Positions 1 through 14,555 of a DNA stretch of 64,000 bases are shown piece by piece. Source of the DNA: Bigelowiella natans CCMP2755 (lineage: Eukaryota > Protista > Cercozoa); assembly GCA_000320545.1 (NCBI GenBank), contig ADNK01001009.1:59738-123737 (forward strand), given 5' to 3'. Made by a program: the position numbers and the translations under genes. Position 1 is the first letter of the stretch. Every line of letters begins with the position of its first letter. The notes under the pieces are model-generated. The model was not told the origin of the DNA. It worked only from the letters and a program-made list of their open reading frames with translations, and did no database searches.

Positions 1-523
1 TTGAATACTACTGTATCAGTTCATTTCGCAGCCGGTTGACGTCCATCTTAGTGGAAACACGTTTCGTGCGGCCCTGCATATATCGAAAGAGGAAGAAGAA
101 GAAGAAGAAGAAGAAGGAGGAGGAGGAGGTGAAAAAAAGGGCGACGATGCCCACAACAGATTCCAGCGGGTGATGATGTTACGGCTCCTCGTGCATTTAT
201 ACAACATAATCGAGAAGGATAACAATAAGAAAGAAATACCAGTCGAAGCTGGAAGTCCCCTGCGCCGTCCTTCGCCCCATCCTCCTTAGTTTCTGTCTTC
301 CCAGCTGCGCCTGATGCGCCTTCGGAACTGCACTGAAATTGCAGAGGATTTTCCTCCGTTTCTGGGTAATCAAGGGTCGATTGCATGTTGAATACGCGGA
401 AAAGATGCCTTGGAGCACAAGCGCAACGAAAGAAAGAAGGCCGACTCTACCCTGAAATCCAAACAAGAACACAGTTGAACAGATATATGCCGAAACGATT
501 CCTTTATCTTTGATTCGCTGCAT
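1..523 (-). CDS. 5' part of a spliced gene of unknown function with a signal-peptide/transit-peptide-like N-terminus; may run off the left edge
   Basis: ATG at 523 opens MQRIKDKGIVSAY...GLLSFVALVLQGIFSAYS (hydrophobic), then an R/S-rich, acid-poor tract. GT donor after FDW and a plausible next exon (WSRNIITRW...). No recognisable domain. Confidence 0.3.
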
Positions 524-1116
524 CAAGGGCGGTCCGTTTACTACGATGACCACACTCCCAACACTTGCTGTTTCTCTATCAGTGCCCATCTCAAAGCAAT
601 GATCTTAGCACAAAATCAGCGCGGAGATTTTCTCCGAATCGCATCCTTGGTGGAAATGGCGGCAGGTTATCCACTTCCTCCCGTAGCCCTTTCCCTCTAC
701 TCCCACTATCTCTACAAAATCCCTCCCCTCTCATTTTTCTTCATGAATCGGGCCTGTGACCTTGTCCTTCAGGGTCCAGCCGCCATCGCCATAGCGCCTT
801 CAGCAGTCGATGTGGGGGGTTGGATGGGGCGCAAGGATCCGAATTTGTTTCGGAAAATTATTTTTTCGGCTTGGCTTTTCTGCACAAATTGGCTTATCGC
901 CGAGGAGGGGCGCCGCTCAAGCGCCTGCGTTTTCTTCCAGAACATTTTGAGGATTTCGGTCGCACACGAGGCGAGATCTCCCGACAGATTCGTTGTCGTG
1001 ATGGATAAATCCCCTGGAATTTCTGCGATATCGCGAGTGTTTGGTAAGGGCGTTTCAGCGTTTTCAGCAGGCCGACCGAGACAGGAACCGAGATCGATCA
1101 CAAGAAGACCTGTACG

Positions 1117-1744
1117 ATGAGGAAGATTGCTAGTAGTAGTGGTGGTGGTAATAGTAGAAGGACAACTACAAGGAGGAGGAGGACTCCTTCAAATGACGCC
1201 GCTGTGAAAGGGAAAGGTGGTGTGCGGTCATCCTCCTCATCGACACTGCGGACCGTCGGGAGAAATCCCATTGCCAAGTCCCGTCCTGCTTCATCCAAGC
1301 AGCCCAAAGTTCGCGCAACAAATAGAACTCGAAGCACCCCGACTCGAAGACGTGGGAGGTTAGAGATCAAAAGGTGCTGCCTACCGAAAGAGGCCTGGCT
1401 TAAGGTTTGCGAACACAAGCATATTATGGAAATCTGAGCGCCTTAAACAGGGGGGCCAACGCGTTACAGGTTCTTGAATTCACACATGATACTCGAACGA
1501 CTTGCCGATTGGCGTCCGTGTGCCGGATCGCGAACGAAGCGAGTTACGACGATAGGTAAGCAGACCTCTCCCTTAATCATAAACATATTTTAGATAGCAA
1601 TGCTTATTGACTTGGGGAAATGCAAATTTAGGATATGGAGGATTCTGTATAGCGCTCGTTTCAAAAAACAACCACAACGCGAAGACGTAACTTGCAGCGA
1701 CACCACTGGCCAAAATATTTATAGACGATAAGCCATATGATAAC

Positions 1745-1825
<81 letters not shown>

Positions 1826-3265
1826 GCGCGTATCTTTACGTGTTAGGGAACAACTTGGAAGAATTTTTACGAGATAGCCCACGCAAAGTCGAAGCACAAT
1901 AAGATATCCTCTGCATGGAAACGATATGAGGTATGGCAGTGGTTTGTATTTTGATATTCGCGCTGTTGACTTCCATGAACAATCTTCAATTCCAGAAACA
2001 TATTCGAAGCTCCCCATTCCCTTCGCTTCGCCAGCTTTACGACGATTTAGAACCCAAATTCATGGTCAACTTAGCTGAGCACTCTTCCCTTTCAGAGGAC
2101 TTCATTCTTCACTCACTCCTCGTTTTTGTCTACATTCTAAGGTGAATTGTGGAGTGATTCGAACCAGCGGGTATTCTCCCTTTCGATCAAATATCTCTCT
2201 CTTTTTCGTGGAGATAAATGTTATTCTCTCAGAGTTCCTGGTCATGGTGATTGTTGGCCTTTTCTTTCAGGATAGCCCGTCGATTAAGTTCCCAAGAAAA
2301 AGCTGAATATGCTCTGGGTTTTGAGGAGATCAAAGCAAAGACATGGTGTACACCGCTGAAAATGAATTCCTATGATCATACGTCGCACAATCGCTCCCTC
2401 TTTCCCCTTCTCCACATTAACAGAAGAAGAAGAAGAAGAAGAAGAGGGGGGGGGAGAGCGGTACGAAAGAAATTACGGTCTATCGTGTGTGTGTGTGTGT
2501 GTGTGTGTGTTATTGCTCATCTCATGACCTGTCTGAGTTTGATGGTAACAGGGTACACGAAGGCGCGACATGCGTTAAGATTCTCCTCCCAGAGAATGTT
2601 CGCTTCGACAACTCAACAGCAATAAATCTCATCCTCTCTGTGAAGAGGTAGGTACCACCACACCTGCTGTGGCCGTAATTGACTCTGCCGTCGGGCTCTC
2701 CATTTTAACTGTGCCCCCGGTCTGCGTATCTAGAAATAAATATGTGTGCTATATGTGTGCATGCTTGTTGTGCCTGAGTGTGGGCGCAACAGTGCATCTT
2801 AAATCACATTCATAGCTCCGTTCATGTGATTATTTACAGCTCGCGGATCTGCGCAAGGGCCCAGCTGATAAAAGCTGTTTTTACGAAGAAGGCATGAAAT
2901 TCTATTACGTGCTGTTCAGAGCTTATGTTATCTTTCGTTTCTTCAACACTGTGTTGTCGTTGTCGTTGTCGTTGTCGACATCATCATCTTTTGGCCTTTT
3001 ACTTAGTCGTGGAAGCTTGTTGAAGCTAGCAAAGGCTGTAGTATGCAGCTGCATCAGTTAACAATGAGAACGTCCAACGGATGCTCATGCTCAGTTGTTG
3101 CAGGGTAAGAAACACATCTTGAAAAGCTTCATACTCTAACAGAGAGAAGGAAGGCATTTTACTTATCACGATCTCTCTCTTATTAGCAATTTAAAAAAGT
3201 ATTTTGTTTTCGCCATCAGGGCCTTCTCCGGGGACTCGTGTGCCTCACGTAAAACACACCACGCA

Positions 3266-3303
<38 letters not shown>

Positions 3304-3669
3304 TATTCATTGACGCGTTCAAGTTCGATGCGCTTCTTCTTCTTCTTCTTCTTCAAACGTTGCACTCGTTGGCCTCTCCTCCTTTTTTAAACGACTCCCT
3401 CCCTTGCCCCTGCCTACCCGTAACCCTACATTCCTCAAATACTAATGATGACAGAGGGGTCGAGCGTGCTGTCTTTCATGGCTATCAATATCCCATTCTT
3501 GGCGACCCTTTCAATGTATTATGTGAGCAGAAAACCAAATGATAATACCGAGCACTTATGGGCATGATTTGATATTTTACTGTGATAGAAATGATGCGTA
3601 TGGATGAAGTCATCTATCTGTTTGTGCCTCAACATCAATTCTATCCTACCCGGTGTTTTCACTACTCTT

Positions 3670-3722
<53 letters not shown>

Positions 3723-4089
3723 TTTCTCCCGTTTTGGCAACAATAAATTCAAAGTCTGAAACGGCCTTTCCATAAGGTGGAAAAGAAACGAGAAGAGAGA
3801 GTCGTGTAGTAGTAATGGTACAGGTACCTGTCGATATCCCACGAAAACCGGTTGATTTAACACCAATTTCGAGGATATAACGACAGAGCCAAAGCCGATA
3901 TACTGATCGATTTCATTTTTTTAAATGATAGTATTGCTTGTGTGTGTGTGTGTGTGCGCGCGCGCGCGCGCAGTATATCGCTTTATTTAAATGGCAATAA
4001 TAATGTAAATGTTGCATTTTTACACTATGGTCATTTATGTAGGTGGTTCCTGATGACATCGACCGTCAATACGGTTTGCACGGCTATTC

Positions 4090-4129
<40 letters not shown>

Positions 4130-4192
4130 CCTAGCAAGAACTTTGCCACATTGATGCACTGTCGTCGTATTTATTGTCGTATTCCTTGTCTT

Positions 4193-4226
<34 letters not shown>

Positions 4227-4349
4227 TTCCATGCTCGTTAACTTTCGATTTGAAGCTCGCATCGCCCTCCGACATCCCGGTGTAGAATATTGGTAAGTGT
4301 TAAGAAGAGAGGGAAAGGGGGAGAATGAGAAACACACACACACACACAC

Positions 4350-4400
<51 letters not shown>

Positions 4401-4675
4401 AGGGGGGTAGAGACCTGGTAGTACTCGTTCGCATGCCTTCATTGGCTAGCCGCCAACTGAATTTTGGCTGTATAGTGTGTAGTGTTGTGTGATTAAGTCA
4501 CCAAGAGCATCTATAGAAATTCAATTTAACGGTATTTATTGCTTATGCGCTCTATGTTTCATTGTATAGGAAATCCAGCTTCCGAGAGGTACGGTGTTCT
4601 CTATCACGTATTTCTGGATTTCTACATATAAACCGATAGCAAGGGCATATATGAACGCAAAGATGTGAAACCCGA

Positions 4676-4711
<36 letters not shown>

Positions 4712-4845
4712 TATACAAATGTGGCTGGAAGATATTCGGAAAGCAGGACGCATCTGGAGCTACGAAATCCTACGTGTTCCCCCTCATATCTGGTTCTAAG
4801 AACTTCTAACATGTAAAAACCGAGCATGTCCCTGCCCTCCTTCTT

Positions 4846-4888
<43 letters not shown>

Positions 4889-6053
4889 CCCTCTCAAAAA
4901 TCTTCCGAAAACAATCGCAACAGGAACAGATTCCAGTATGTCCCCTGGTGAGCGCATCACGGTCAAGAAAGGACTACTGAAGCGCTTCGACATGAAATCG
5001 CCGGATAGGTCGCAGCAATAGCTTCCCCTCCCCCCAAAACTATGGATGAACAGAATGAGGATGAAACCGACTACACCTCCCGTCGCCCCCACACACCTCA
5101 ATGAATGGACACGCACGCGATGATATACATAAATCTTGGTTTATCTTGGATCATCCCTTCAGCCTTCCGTTGCAGTTTCCGTGGAGGACAGAAGCGTTCA
5201 GCGGCTCTGTTCCCAACGTGCGTGTGCATGCTTACATCCATGCATGGTGAGCGTGGTGTTGGCTATCCTCTCCTTTCGGAGCCCATTCATACTCATCAGC
5301 TTCGAGACACTTAGATATCGTGATGTTGCTGTAGTGCTGGAATGTACGCCAGCAAATCTAAGCTACTTTATGCTATTGCTAGGCTGTCATCGTGGACTTT
5401 TGCCTGTGGGACGAGCACAAACACGTCGTGTGGAGCCTAAGGTTCGGCCATTAAATAAGAGAATCCAGCAGCACTGCTGCACCAATCGTAGTCGTAATCG
5501 GAATGAATGCTGCAGAGGGACATGTTGCGAATCAGCTCCGTCTATCTTTTGTAATCTAAAAAATCGATAGATTTTAATGCTTTGCATCCGTCTCCTTCGT
5601 ACCATTCTCTCCTCTCGCTCGAATAGATGCCCCTGTTTCCTTGAGCTTGTGTGGCGAATACTAAATCCTCTTTGTTTCTTCAGCAAGTGCTGTAGCTTTG
5701 AGAAGGAAGAGGAGAAGGGGGGGAACCTAGATTTCGCATCGTCGGCAGAGGGGCTTCAAAGATTCAAGCTGCAGGCCGCTGTATGATTCGCGTAGCAGGG
5801 AGAGATACAGATAATCAAATATTCACATATGCGTACACGAAGATTGTGCGGTTATATATGTCTGAGATTGGCCGAACACATACAGGGGGATTTCAATGAG
5901 GGCAGCTTGTTGTTACATTTCAAATGGGCAGCACCTCGTGACGATGACGCCAGGGGTTGCTCTGTCTTCGTGACGGTAGGAGGCTGTGTATGAATATATT
6001 GCCTTACGATGTGCTTTTTATGCACGGAATAGCGCAAGTACACATTTAACGCA

Positions 6054-6097
<44 letters not shown>

Positions 6098-6281
6098 TAC
6101 ATGTATTTATATTTAAAAAAATATCGAATCATGAGGCAGTAGTGCGGTAGTCTATGGGATTAGTGATGTGACCCTCCTCTTTTCTTTGTTGCTGAGGCTG
6201 GAACAATGATATAATCTTTAGGAATTCCACATGCGCCTGCACGCTGGTTTCATCAATAGCAAATTTGGCACGAAGTACTAA
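1117..6281 (+). CDS. FBXO15: F-box only protein 15-like (multi-exon)
   Basis: Spliced F-box LPKEAWLK|VLEFTHDTRTTCRLASVCRIANEASYDD|RIWRILYSARF (~1380-1690). FBXO15-type blocks VVPDDIDRQYGLHGYS (~4043-4091) and AVIVDFCLWDEHKHVVWSL (~5383-5441). C-terminus EFHMRLHAGFINSKFGTKY* (TAA 6279-6281) resembles the FBXO15 ending ...INHWFGTEY. Start codon uncertain. Confidence 0.8.
1748..1823. repeat. Compound (CT)n(CA)n microsatellite, representative of dozens of intronic (CT/GA)n, (CA/TG)n, (TA)n and trinucleotide tracts across the window
   Basis: Directly visible; other examples at 3674, 4092, 4195, 17775-17880, 34580, 36595, 50275, 51740 and 63455. Confidence 0.95.
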
Positions 6282-7033
6282 ATTGCTTAAACCTAGGGAA
6301 CGTGTTCGCCTCTAAAAAATTAATTGAGGCCAGATGGCGCAATCAATTCTAATGACAGTCATGGGTGCACTTGACACGCAAATTTGCTCCATCATCTTGC
6401 AAAACGAGCGTGGGTGCTTCTACAACAAATAACAAATGCCCGCCCGCCCCCGCGCCGGCGCAATCTCGATCGCGTTCTAGCGTTCCACACCTTGCTAGCT
6501 TGGCAATTCTGTGTGACAAAGTTGTTCCTTTGCCTAGGAATGCAAAAAATTGCTAGCGCCGCGCGACGATGTAGCAGACACATGTCATTGTTGTGAGCGA
6601 TGAGCGCGTGTCTTGGCTAGCTAGCTCCATGCGTCAGTTGGGTGAAGGCCCCACGTCGTAGCTGTGGCTAGCATGGCAACATGTGTGCCCTAGCTGCCAT
6701 ACACATTGCATGCAAGCGCAGCATCGCTAATACATGATCATAATAGACACAACGTTCGACACGCACATGCATTATAGCATACTTAGCGGACACTCTCGCT
6801 TGTGCTGCATGGTACAGCAGAACGTAGAAACAGACATAGAGGATGAACGGACATTGTGCGATATTTGTTGTCTATGCAAAGCACGTATTTCCTTCAGGAT
6901 TCAAACTTTATTCACGGTATAACTTTACGCCTACTTGCGTAATATCGAAGCTGGCCTCAGAGGGTCTCTGTGCCCTCCGTCTCACTTGCAGATCTTCGGT
7001 GAGGACTCCTGTTTCTTCACGGTGTCAATTTAT

Positions 7034-7684
7034 CTAATGATGCGCCTTCTTTCCTTGGTTGTAGCCGATGATGCTCTTGCGGCCAAGCATCTCCCCCACG
7101 ACGTAAGCACCATAGATTTGAAGACCGCAAACAGAACCAACAGCAAGCTCCCTGTAGGTCAGTTCAGCTGGGGCCATAATCTTATCCTTGACAACCTTTT
7201 TACATGTATGGATTCAGTCTGCAATTTCCCCCTCATTATCATAAATTCTAATATTTTTAAGTGTGCTAGAAATTGTGACATCGTAAAATATTTTATTATG
7301 GCTCAACTGTAGTGATTTTGTTTGTTGGTTGGCCTACAGGAAATTGGGTCTTGGCCTTTGCAATGGTGTCCCCGTACGTGGTCAAGTAGCGGTACCAGTA
7401 GGCGAACCTCTGCACCATGATGTCCTATGTGTTGTTTATCAACATCACTCAGATTTCCACAGCAGCGGTAGAATGTAGCCACGCAAACAACTGTGAGGGG
7501 TATGGATGCTCCCAATGACCACGCTACCCCTCTCTCAAAGAGAAAGTATTCATCGTCTTTTGAAATATGCAATATTTGAAAGTACCTGTCCGGCAGCCTC
7601 GAGGGACTTGGAGGGTTTGAGGACGGCGTTGGCAGCAGGAGCCATGCCAGGGAAGCGGGTTGCAAGCTGTGAGATGAACGACAT
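7034..7684 (-). CDS. ATP5MG: Mitochondrial ATP synthase F0 subunit g (3 exons, ~115 aa)
   Basis: Exons MSFISQLATRF...EAAGQ | DIMVQRFAYWYRY...KTQFP | VVKDKIMAPAELTYRELAVGSVCGLQIYGAYVVGEMLGRKSIIGYNQGKKAHH*. Contains the subunit g GExxGRxxxxGY signature. GT-AG introns in phase. Confidence 0.85.
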
Positions 7685-8538
7685 TCTCTCCCTAAGGTCT
7701 TTCAAGATTTGAAGGCAGATCGAGATGGTATCATCTTTAACACATAGATTATCAAAATATTCTGTATAATATATGTACGACATAAAACATTATAATACCA
7801 TTTTAAAATTAGGCATTTATCATGCTACCAAAATTCTGCTTCAAAGCTTACGAATTTGGCAGCCTATCACTACAAGCGCACACGCACTTAAAATCCCGTT
7901 TATTAAAGTCTAACGTCTTCATAATCTTCATGACGTTAGATATAATTACCCAGCAATCGTTAAATAATACTCATTTGCCCGGATGGATTCGCGTGCAGAA
8001 ATCTCCTCTAGGTACGATTGTTCCTAGTTCACACAGGATTATTTGATATTTTGCTTGAAACACAGGGCTTTTGAGGAAAACTGAATTAATTAGCACCCGG
8101 CTCCATTTTTCATCGAGAATTATGGCCAGAAGATGGACTAAATGCCTTGTATATTCTTCAATATGTGTCAATATTTTCTGTCGTAGTGGGTATATTATGG
8201 GAAAAACAGCTCTTAGGATAACCGAAATTCTCACTATTGTGCTTGAATTTGCACTATCAGACAGACGGAAACGTCATCGCTTCGGAGACAACATTGTGGG
8301 GCGGAAAATGTTCGATATTATTTATAAGCGACAAGTCGAAAAGGTTGTCGCAAATATCTCTATGTCTTCCTTCAAACATGGACGGCACTCATTTTTGGAG
8401 CTTTCCCGATGTTTTCGATTATCGTCATTATATCGGATAAACATCGTAAATTTATTTTCTAAAATTTAAATTATAAGAAAGAGGACAACAATGGGCTCCA
8501 GCTAGGCCTCTCCAGCTTCTCCCGGCCCTCTGCCTACC

Positions 8539-9080
8539 ATGAGAAGAATCCTCCTGGCCGCCTCGATTCTAATTACTTGGGCAGACCCGCGCCATAATGT
8601 TCCTCCACCTAGTACCTCCATTGCATCACTAACGCTCGCGCTACCGCCCGAACTCAATGTCAATCAAAGAGAGGAGAAGGTGGTTCTTTAAGCATTATGT
8701 ACCTGTTTTGTGATTGTTTCCGGGTACTTTTGAATTTTTCACAGTAAACGAGTAGCTGAGTGCTAGACCGTGAAAATGCCGGACAATGCCATGTATATGC
8801 GATAAGAGGGGTTGGTGATATGTTTCGAATGCGAAATGGATGGATTGCTTCGTAGGGCCGAAAGAAAAATTCCTACCGTTGGACCCTCCGGATCCGGGAA
8901 TGGTTGGTGTGGCTTGGCACCCCACGGTCCAAAAACAACCGTGGGGTTCGTCAAAACACGTGGTTTGGCAAACTCCTTCATTCTCGCAGGTTGATCTTTT
9001 TCCCTCCTCCTTCCCAATGAACCCTACTTTACACATACATCAATTTTCCAGATCTCTCCCTCCCCCCCCCCCCCCCCCCA

Positions 9081-9123
<43 letters not shown>

Positions 9124-12100
9124 TTTTCTGTCTATCTATCCCTGATCCAATTTCTTCTAATATTTGCTGTTGGTTACCTTTCTGTGCTGCTATCCTAGGA
9201 CGTAGAACCCGTTTTCCATACGGACTGGCGTTTTCCAACCAAACGGCAAAACAACGTGAAGATGGCGACTCTCCAGCATGTCACGAAAAGGTACTTCCTG
9301 TTAACAGCCACATCGAGGAAAAAACAGCCTGTGTGATCACGTGTTTCAAGAATATGATTTATGGTATCATGGATAGACGCTGCATCACTTCATACTCTGA
9401 TTGCTTTCGTTGCTTTCCCCCCACCCTTTTTCTAGACGCATACCCGGTTTTCGAGATGTGTACAAGATACATGTGGGGAGGGGGGGGAGGCTGAAGAACA
9501 CAGAAAATGCGTTGCACTCAACTGTGCTATGGTAGTAACACACAGAAAAGCCAAGACGACGACGATAGTGTTGCGGTGACTACTTTTTCTAGGATGTGTG
9601 TAGCAATGCGCAGCTGCTACCGCTGCTACTGCAAACAACAAGGGAATAGGAAAGAGACTGATTAAGTTTGTTATCTGGTGTTTGTGCGTGCGTGCGTGTT
9701 GTTATCGTGATCTAATTTCAGGATGTGCTACGAGCGAAAAATGGTGCAACATGCTGGTCTTGTCTCTCATGGTAAGTGTAAGCAGCAGCAACAACGCACA
9801 GCGGCAGCAGCCATTGTAGAAGTACAGAGTAGAAAAAGAGAAAAGCCATCAACATCGTTCTCACTTACCCACCATCTTCTCGATCTTGATTTGGATGACT
9901 CAATCACAAACGCTGGAGTTTGGCCGCCGTGTTTGAACTACGAATAACAAGGAGGCTCTGCGTGTGCCCTTTTGTGTGACCCGGAAAGAGCTATCGTTCG
10001 CCTGATAAATCGCTATTGCCATCCTTAGGTATGAAGAGGCCAGAGCACACTCAAGACTGTCGATAAACGCGAGGTGGGGCCAAGGCAGGGAGACGACGAG
10101 CAGCTTCGGAGAAAGGCCCTACGCAGAGTTCCAAGATGATAAATTTAGATGGGGCGGCGACGAGTGCACACGGAAGAAGAGGTAATGAGGATGAGACTGT
10201 TGTCCATTCGACGATGGCCACTCTGAATTGTTCTTGATCTTCCCTTACTCGTTTATTATTCACTATGTAAGCATCCAATAGAACATCTCAACAGGTCTTT
10301 GTTTTTTAAGTTTCGCCATTATTGTTTACCCTGAAATCAATTTTTGCTCTTGCTTCTTCTTCACTACTCCCCCCCCCCCCCCCCCTCCGTCCTCCCCTGT
10401 CTATCCGTCTCTTTTTCTTCTTTGTTCTTGTATTTTTCACCTCCTCCTCCTCCTCCTCCTCCTCCTCCTCCTTTGTGTATTTGTACTCATGGCATCTGGT
10501 AGCGTTGAGTTCGCTGGCAATCCAGGCCTAGTGCTGCTATCACGGTTCCCGATTCACAATGCCAACGCTCGACTCCTACCCTCCTTCGCTGATCAGAGAG
10601 GGTATACCAGCATTCATGCCAATCGCCAATAACTCATCGTCGTACATGAAGGAACACTCTCAACTCCATGATAGTCCTTTAAAGGAAAAGGGGGATTTTT
10701 CTTACAGGGCAGATCAATATCAGCAGCCACCACCGCACAAACAAACATACTTGCCCTAACCATAAATAACACACATCCTGTGTCCTCACTCCCTCCCGCC
10801 CGCCCCCCTCAGCTTTATCGATGCCGAAATCGTTGCTGGAGACGCGGCGTCAGAGACGAATGGGGATGGGAGAGGGGGGGGGGTGCGTTTCTCTGTGACA
10901 TGCCTCACGCTGACACCCGCCACAACCACGCCGTTTGCACCGACATACCGAAATCCACCAGGACAGGTACCACGACGCACATACCTCTAATATTCCTTTG
11001 CGCCGCTACCATATCTTCTGGTTTTGGACGCCCCCCCCCCCCCCCCCCCTTCCCGCCGTCGCTATCTGCCCTCAGTTTTCAAGCTACGCGTCCGAGCGCA
11101 CGTGGCAGCTGCAGCACATGAAGCAGCACGGCCACATACACTCCCACCTCGACAGCGGCGACCGCATCCACCAACACCGTCGACGTGGAGGGAGGGGAGA
11201 CGGGAGAACAGCACCCACGAGTATGGGCACGGAGAATCTGGAGGAAAGGGAGGGGGGCGGGGGGGCGGAATTCACGAGTGATATTCCGCATATTCTTCTT
11301 GGAGACCTCCCAGACATGCTCAAATCCAAGCGTTCGTCGACAGAAGAACCGATGGCATCAGCCTTGATTACCGGAGATCCCGAAGATGCTGTGCTGTCAT
11401 CCGAGACGAAGAAGAAGGAGGCGGCGACCGGTCAGCTGCTAAATTTAGAAGAGTACGGCGTTAAGAAGCACGTGTCCTCGCAGGGGAGCTGGATAGGGAC
11501 TTGTGACTCCTCCGGAGAAGCTGTGTTACTAGAGGAAGAAGAAGGAGAAGAATTACAACAACAGCAACAACAACAGCTACAACAAGATGATGTTAGAAAT
11601 AGTGAGAGCTTGAACAGCAAGTTACATACGCAGCAGCATTGGATGGTACAGGGTGTCACTGCAAAGCTCACCTTCCTAACCAAGGCAACTTTCGCGCTGG
11701 GGGAGACAGAAAAGGCTGAGGAAGATCATAGCCACCACCACCACCACCAGCAGCAGCATGACCACCAAAACCATGCAGTTGACCTTGCAGTCGACGAAGA
11801 AACAGCATCACTTCCACCTGAGGCTGGAAGTGAAGAACAACGAAAGGAGGGGCAGAGGGGGACGATGCCGCTGCAAGGACAACAACAAGAACAACAGCAT
11901 CAGCGGCCTTTGGCAAACGCAACCACACTATCATCATCATCATCCTCAACAACAACAACAACAACAACAACACAATCGGTAAACGTTGAAGCCGATGATT
12001 TCCTCGGAAAGCTAGAATCGGACAACGACGTGGCGGGAATCGTAAAGGAGGAGGAGGAGGATAATCATCGGGGAGGGGAGGGGGGGCGGGGCCAGGCAAC

Positions 12101-13288
12101 TGCCGAGCAGCAGAAAGTAGTCGGCGAAAGCATGCCATCTGCCTCGAAAACGACACGGCGCCAAGACCGAGTTAAAAACTCTCACCAGGTAGGAAAGAAG
12201 GCTAGTTTGACAGAATAATTGGGAATTGGTAGGTGAGGAGGGGAGGGAGGGGAAGGATATTGCGGCACATATCAGCCGCATCATCGATGAACGCTTTCTC
12301 CTTGCTTTTCTCCCGTCGGGAGGACGGAGTACACCTCCATATTTTTGTCCATGCGATGTAGACAGATTCGTCCCGACGAACAAACTAGGAAAAAACAAGC
12401 AAGCAGCTGCTGTGTGTTGTCGTGCATGGATCGATTTGCCTGATCGATGATGAGGATGGAAAGTATGCGGTGACTCTCCAGAAGCAATACTCATTGGACT
12501 CTTTTCTGTGGTTGTTGTTGCTGTTGTTGTTGTTGTTTTGGTTTTATGCATGGATGAAGGCGATGCACCCTGGTGCGCAGGAGTCAACAACATCATCATC
12601 ATCGTCATCATCATCCGACGCGTATTCTGGCTCTCATAGCAAGAAGCGATATGTAGCTTTCGGGGGGCATAAGGAGATGCCCCGTGCTTTCCAAACGCCA
12701 GGTCGGTTAAGCTTGTTGGTTGTTAGGACGTCGTTCATAAAGAAGAGCTTCTCCGGAAGCATCATGCCTTGTGAATTGACAAATGAATTGTGCTTCTGCT
12801 TCTGCCTAATACATATCGCTCCTCCCCCCTCTCTCCCCCCTCCTTTCTGTATCAAATGTCAGTCGAAGCCGCTGGCAATACGATTTATGGTCGCTTTGCA
12901 GGTAGCTGCTATTTTAAGATGGCCACAAGGCGCGCGCGCACACACATACACAAATGTAGACAGTAGGTGGTTATATTTATTCATTTTATAAGTTTTATAA
13001 TGTGTGTGTGTTCATTTTTTGGTTAAATGCTACCCGCGCACATTACACCGCTGTTGGTTCGTTTCCTTCTTGCGTGCAGGAAACGTGAACGTACGACAAG
13101 AAGAGGAGTTATTTGAGAAAACGAGGTAGGTAAGTAGGTAGGTTTGTGGAGTGAGAGTGGAAGTGAGATCTGTGGGTGGTTATTGCGTCAGATATTGCCC
13201 ATCATCAACAACACATATGCTCACGGCACATGCCAACTGTAAGGAGGAGGCATTTATAGATCTTGTCTGGCTCTCTCTTACTTTCATC

Positions 13289-13319
<31 letters not shown>

Positions 13320-13847
13320 CAGGTTCGATACTGATTCCTACGTGTACCTCTTCGGGCTGCCCTCACTCGGTAGTAGAAGTAGTAGGAGGAGAATAGTTGC
13401 AATGACACCAAGCGTCGCATGTATACATACGCATTCGTTCGTCGTGAGGATGGTAGCATGACCATTCCCTCTCTCTACGCTCATCCTGCGCTCTCCTCAC
13501 CTGCTGGTGCATTTGCTGGTTTTCGCCGATGATTCATGCATTTCGTGATATTATTCCCTAATACTCTTTTTCAGCTGTTGCAAGTTTGATATTCTTCATA
13601 GCCAACAAGCCCAAGGTAGTGAGAACGTAGCAGCATGCGCTAGTGAGTAGTAGTAGTAGTAGTAGTAGTTGTTGTTGTTGTTGTGTAGCCATCTCGTAGT
13701 GATAGAGTTGGTATCAGTCCGAGTAGTTGATGTTTATATTGCTGTTTTCAGGGGGGACATCTGAATCGATTTGGCTCAGCCGCGTGTGGAAGCTGTGGTG
13801 TGTGTGGAAGGCAGGAAAAGGAGATCAATCTCGAGGACTACTTCTGA
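8539..13847 (+). CDS. Hypothetical type-I membrane protein: signal peptide, long low-complexity ectodomain, one TM helix, Cys-rich cytosolic tail
   Basis: MRRILLAASILITWA signal at 8539. Large Q/H/E-rich exon 10935-12188. In-phase terminal exons read RFDTDSYVYLFGLPSL|AVASLIFFIANKPK|GGHLNRFGSAACGSCGVCGRQEKEINLEDYF* (TGA 13845-13847). Middle exons uncertain; could be two genes. Confidence 0.45.
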
Positions 13848-13879
13848 AAGGCCCTGAAGAAGCTGTGTGTGTGTGGGTT

Positions 13880-13915
<36 letters not shown>

Positions 13916-14516
13916 ACCGGCATCACATATCTAAGGATCATTTGCGATCGTGATTCCTGGTTCCGACGAATTATCATTATCATCATTGTCGTCGTGGACA
14001 CCTTGCGGACGAGGGAAGACGACGCGTACTTTAATGATACTTATTACAACGACGCTTGCTGGCCGACAATGAAAATTTTAAGATGAAGATGATTGCATAG
14101 AAATGAAGAGACTGGATGCTGTGCATATCAATTATAATTGATGGAGCTATCGATGTACGTCGTGATAAATAATCATTCAGACGCAATGTGGTGTATATGT
14201 AGTGGTGTCACGCCATCCTAGCATCGATCGATCGTAGCACAGCATGAATAAGAGAAAGAGAAATCAACACACCCAAGCAAGCACGTTCCATTTACGCGTA
14301 TCGTAAGCTTGGCCTATGCAGCACGTGCTATAACAAGAAATTGTTCAGAGCATTATCGATTTGAAGTACGTATTGGCCGTTGCTACCTAGCAGTACTACC
14401 AGTACTACGTCAAGAGCATATACGCTTAGAAGTTGAACACAAATATGCAAAGGCACAAAGCCACCGTTTTTTAATTAATGATTAGTTGCTTGTTTCAGTA
14501 ATGCTAGAATGCGCGG

Positions 14517-14555
<39 letters not shown>

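Noticed and set aside
1573-2017. ORFs with CVCV/ERER/THTH/YIYI runs, here and throughout the window
   Set aside because: Translations of intronic microsatellites or antisense frames of real exons.
7303-7665. 120-aa minus-strand ORF as a separate gene
   Set aside because: It overlaps ATP synthase g exons and an intron in another frame.
13790-13815. CGSCGVCG resembling the FdhD motif
   Set aside because: It lies in a short tail after a TM helix with no other FdhD similarity; more likely palmitoylation sites.
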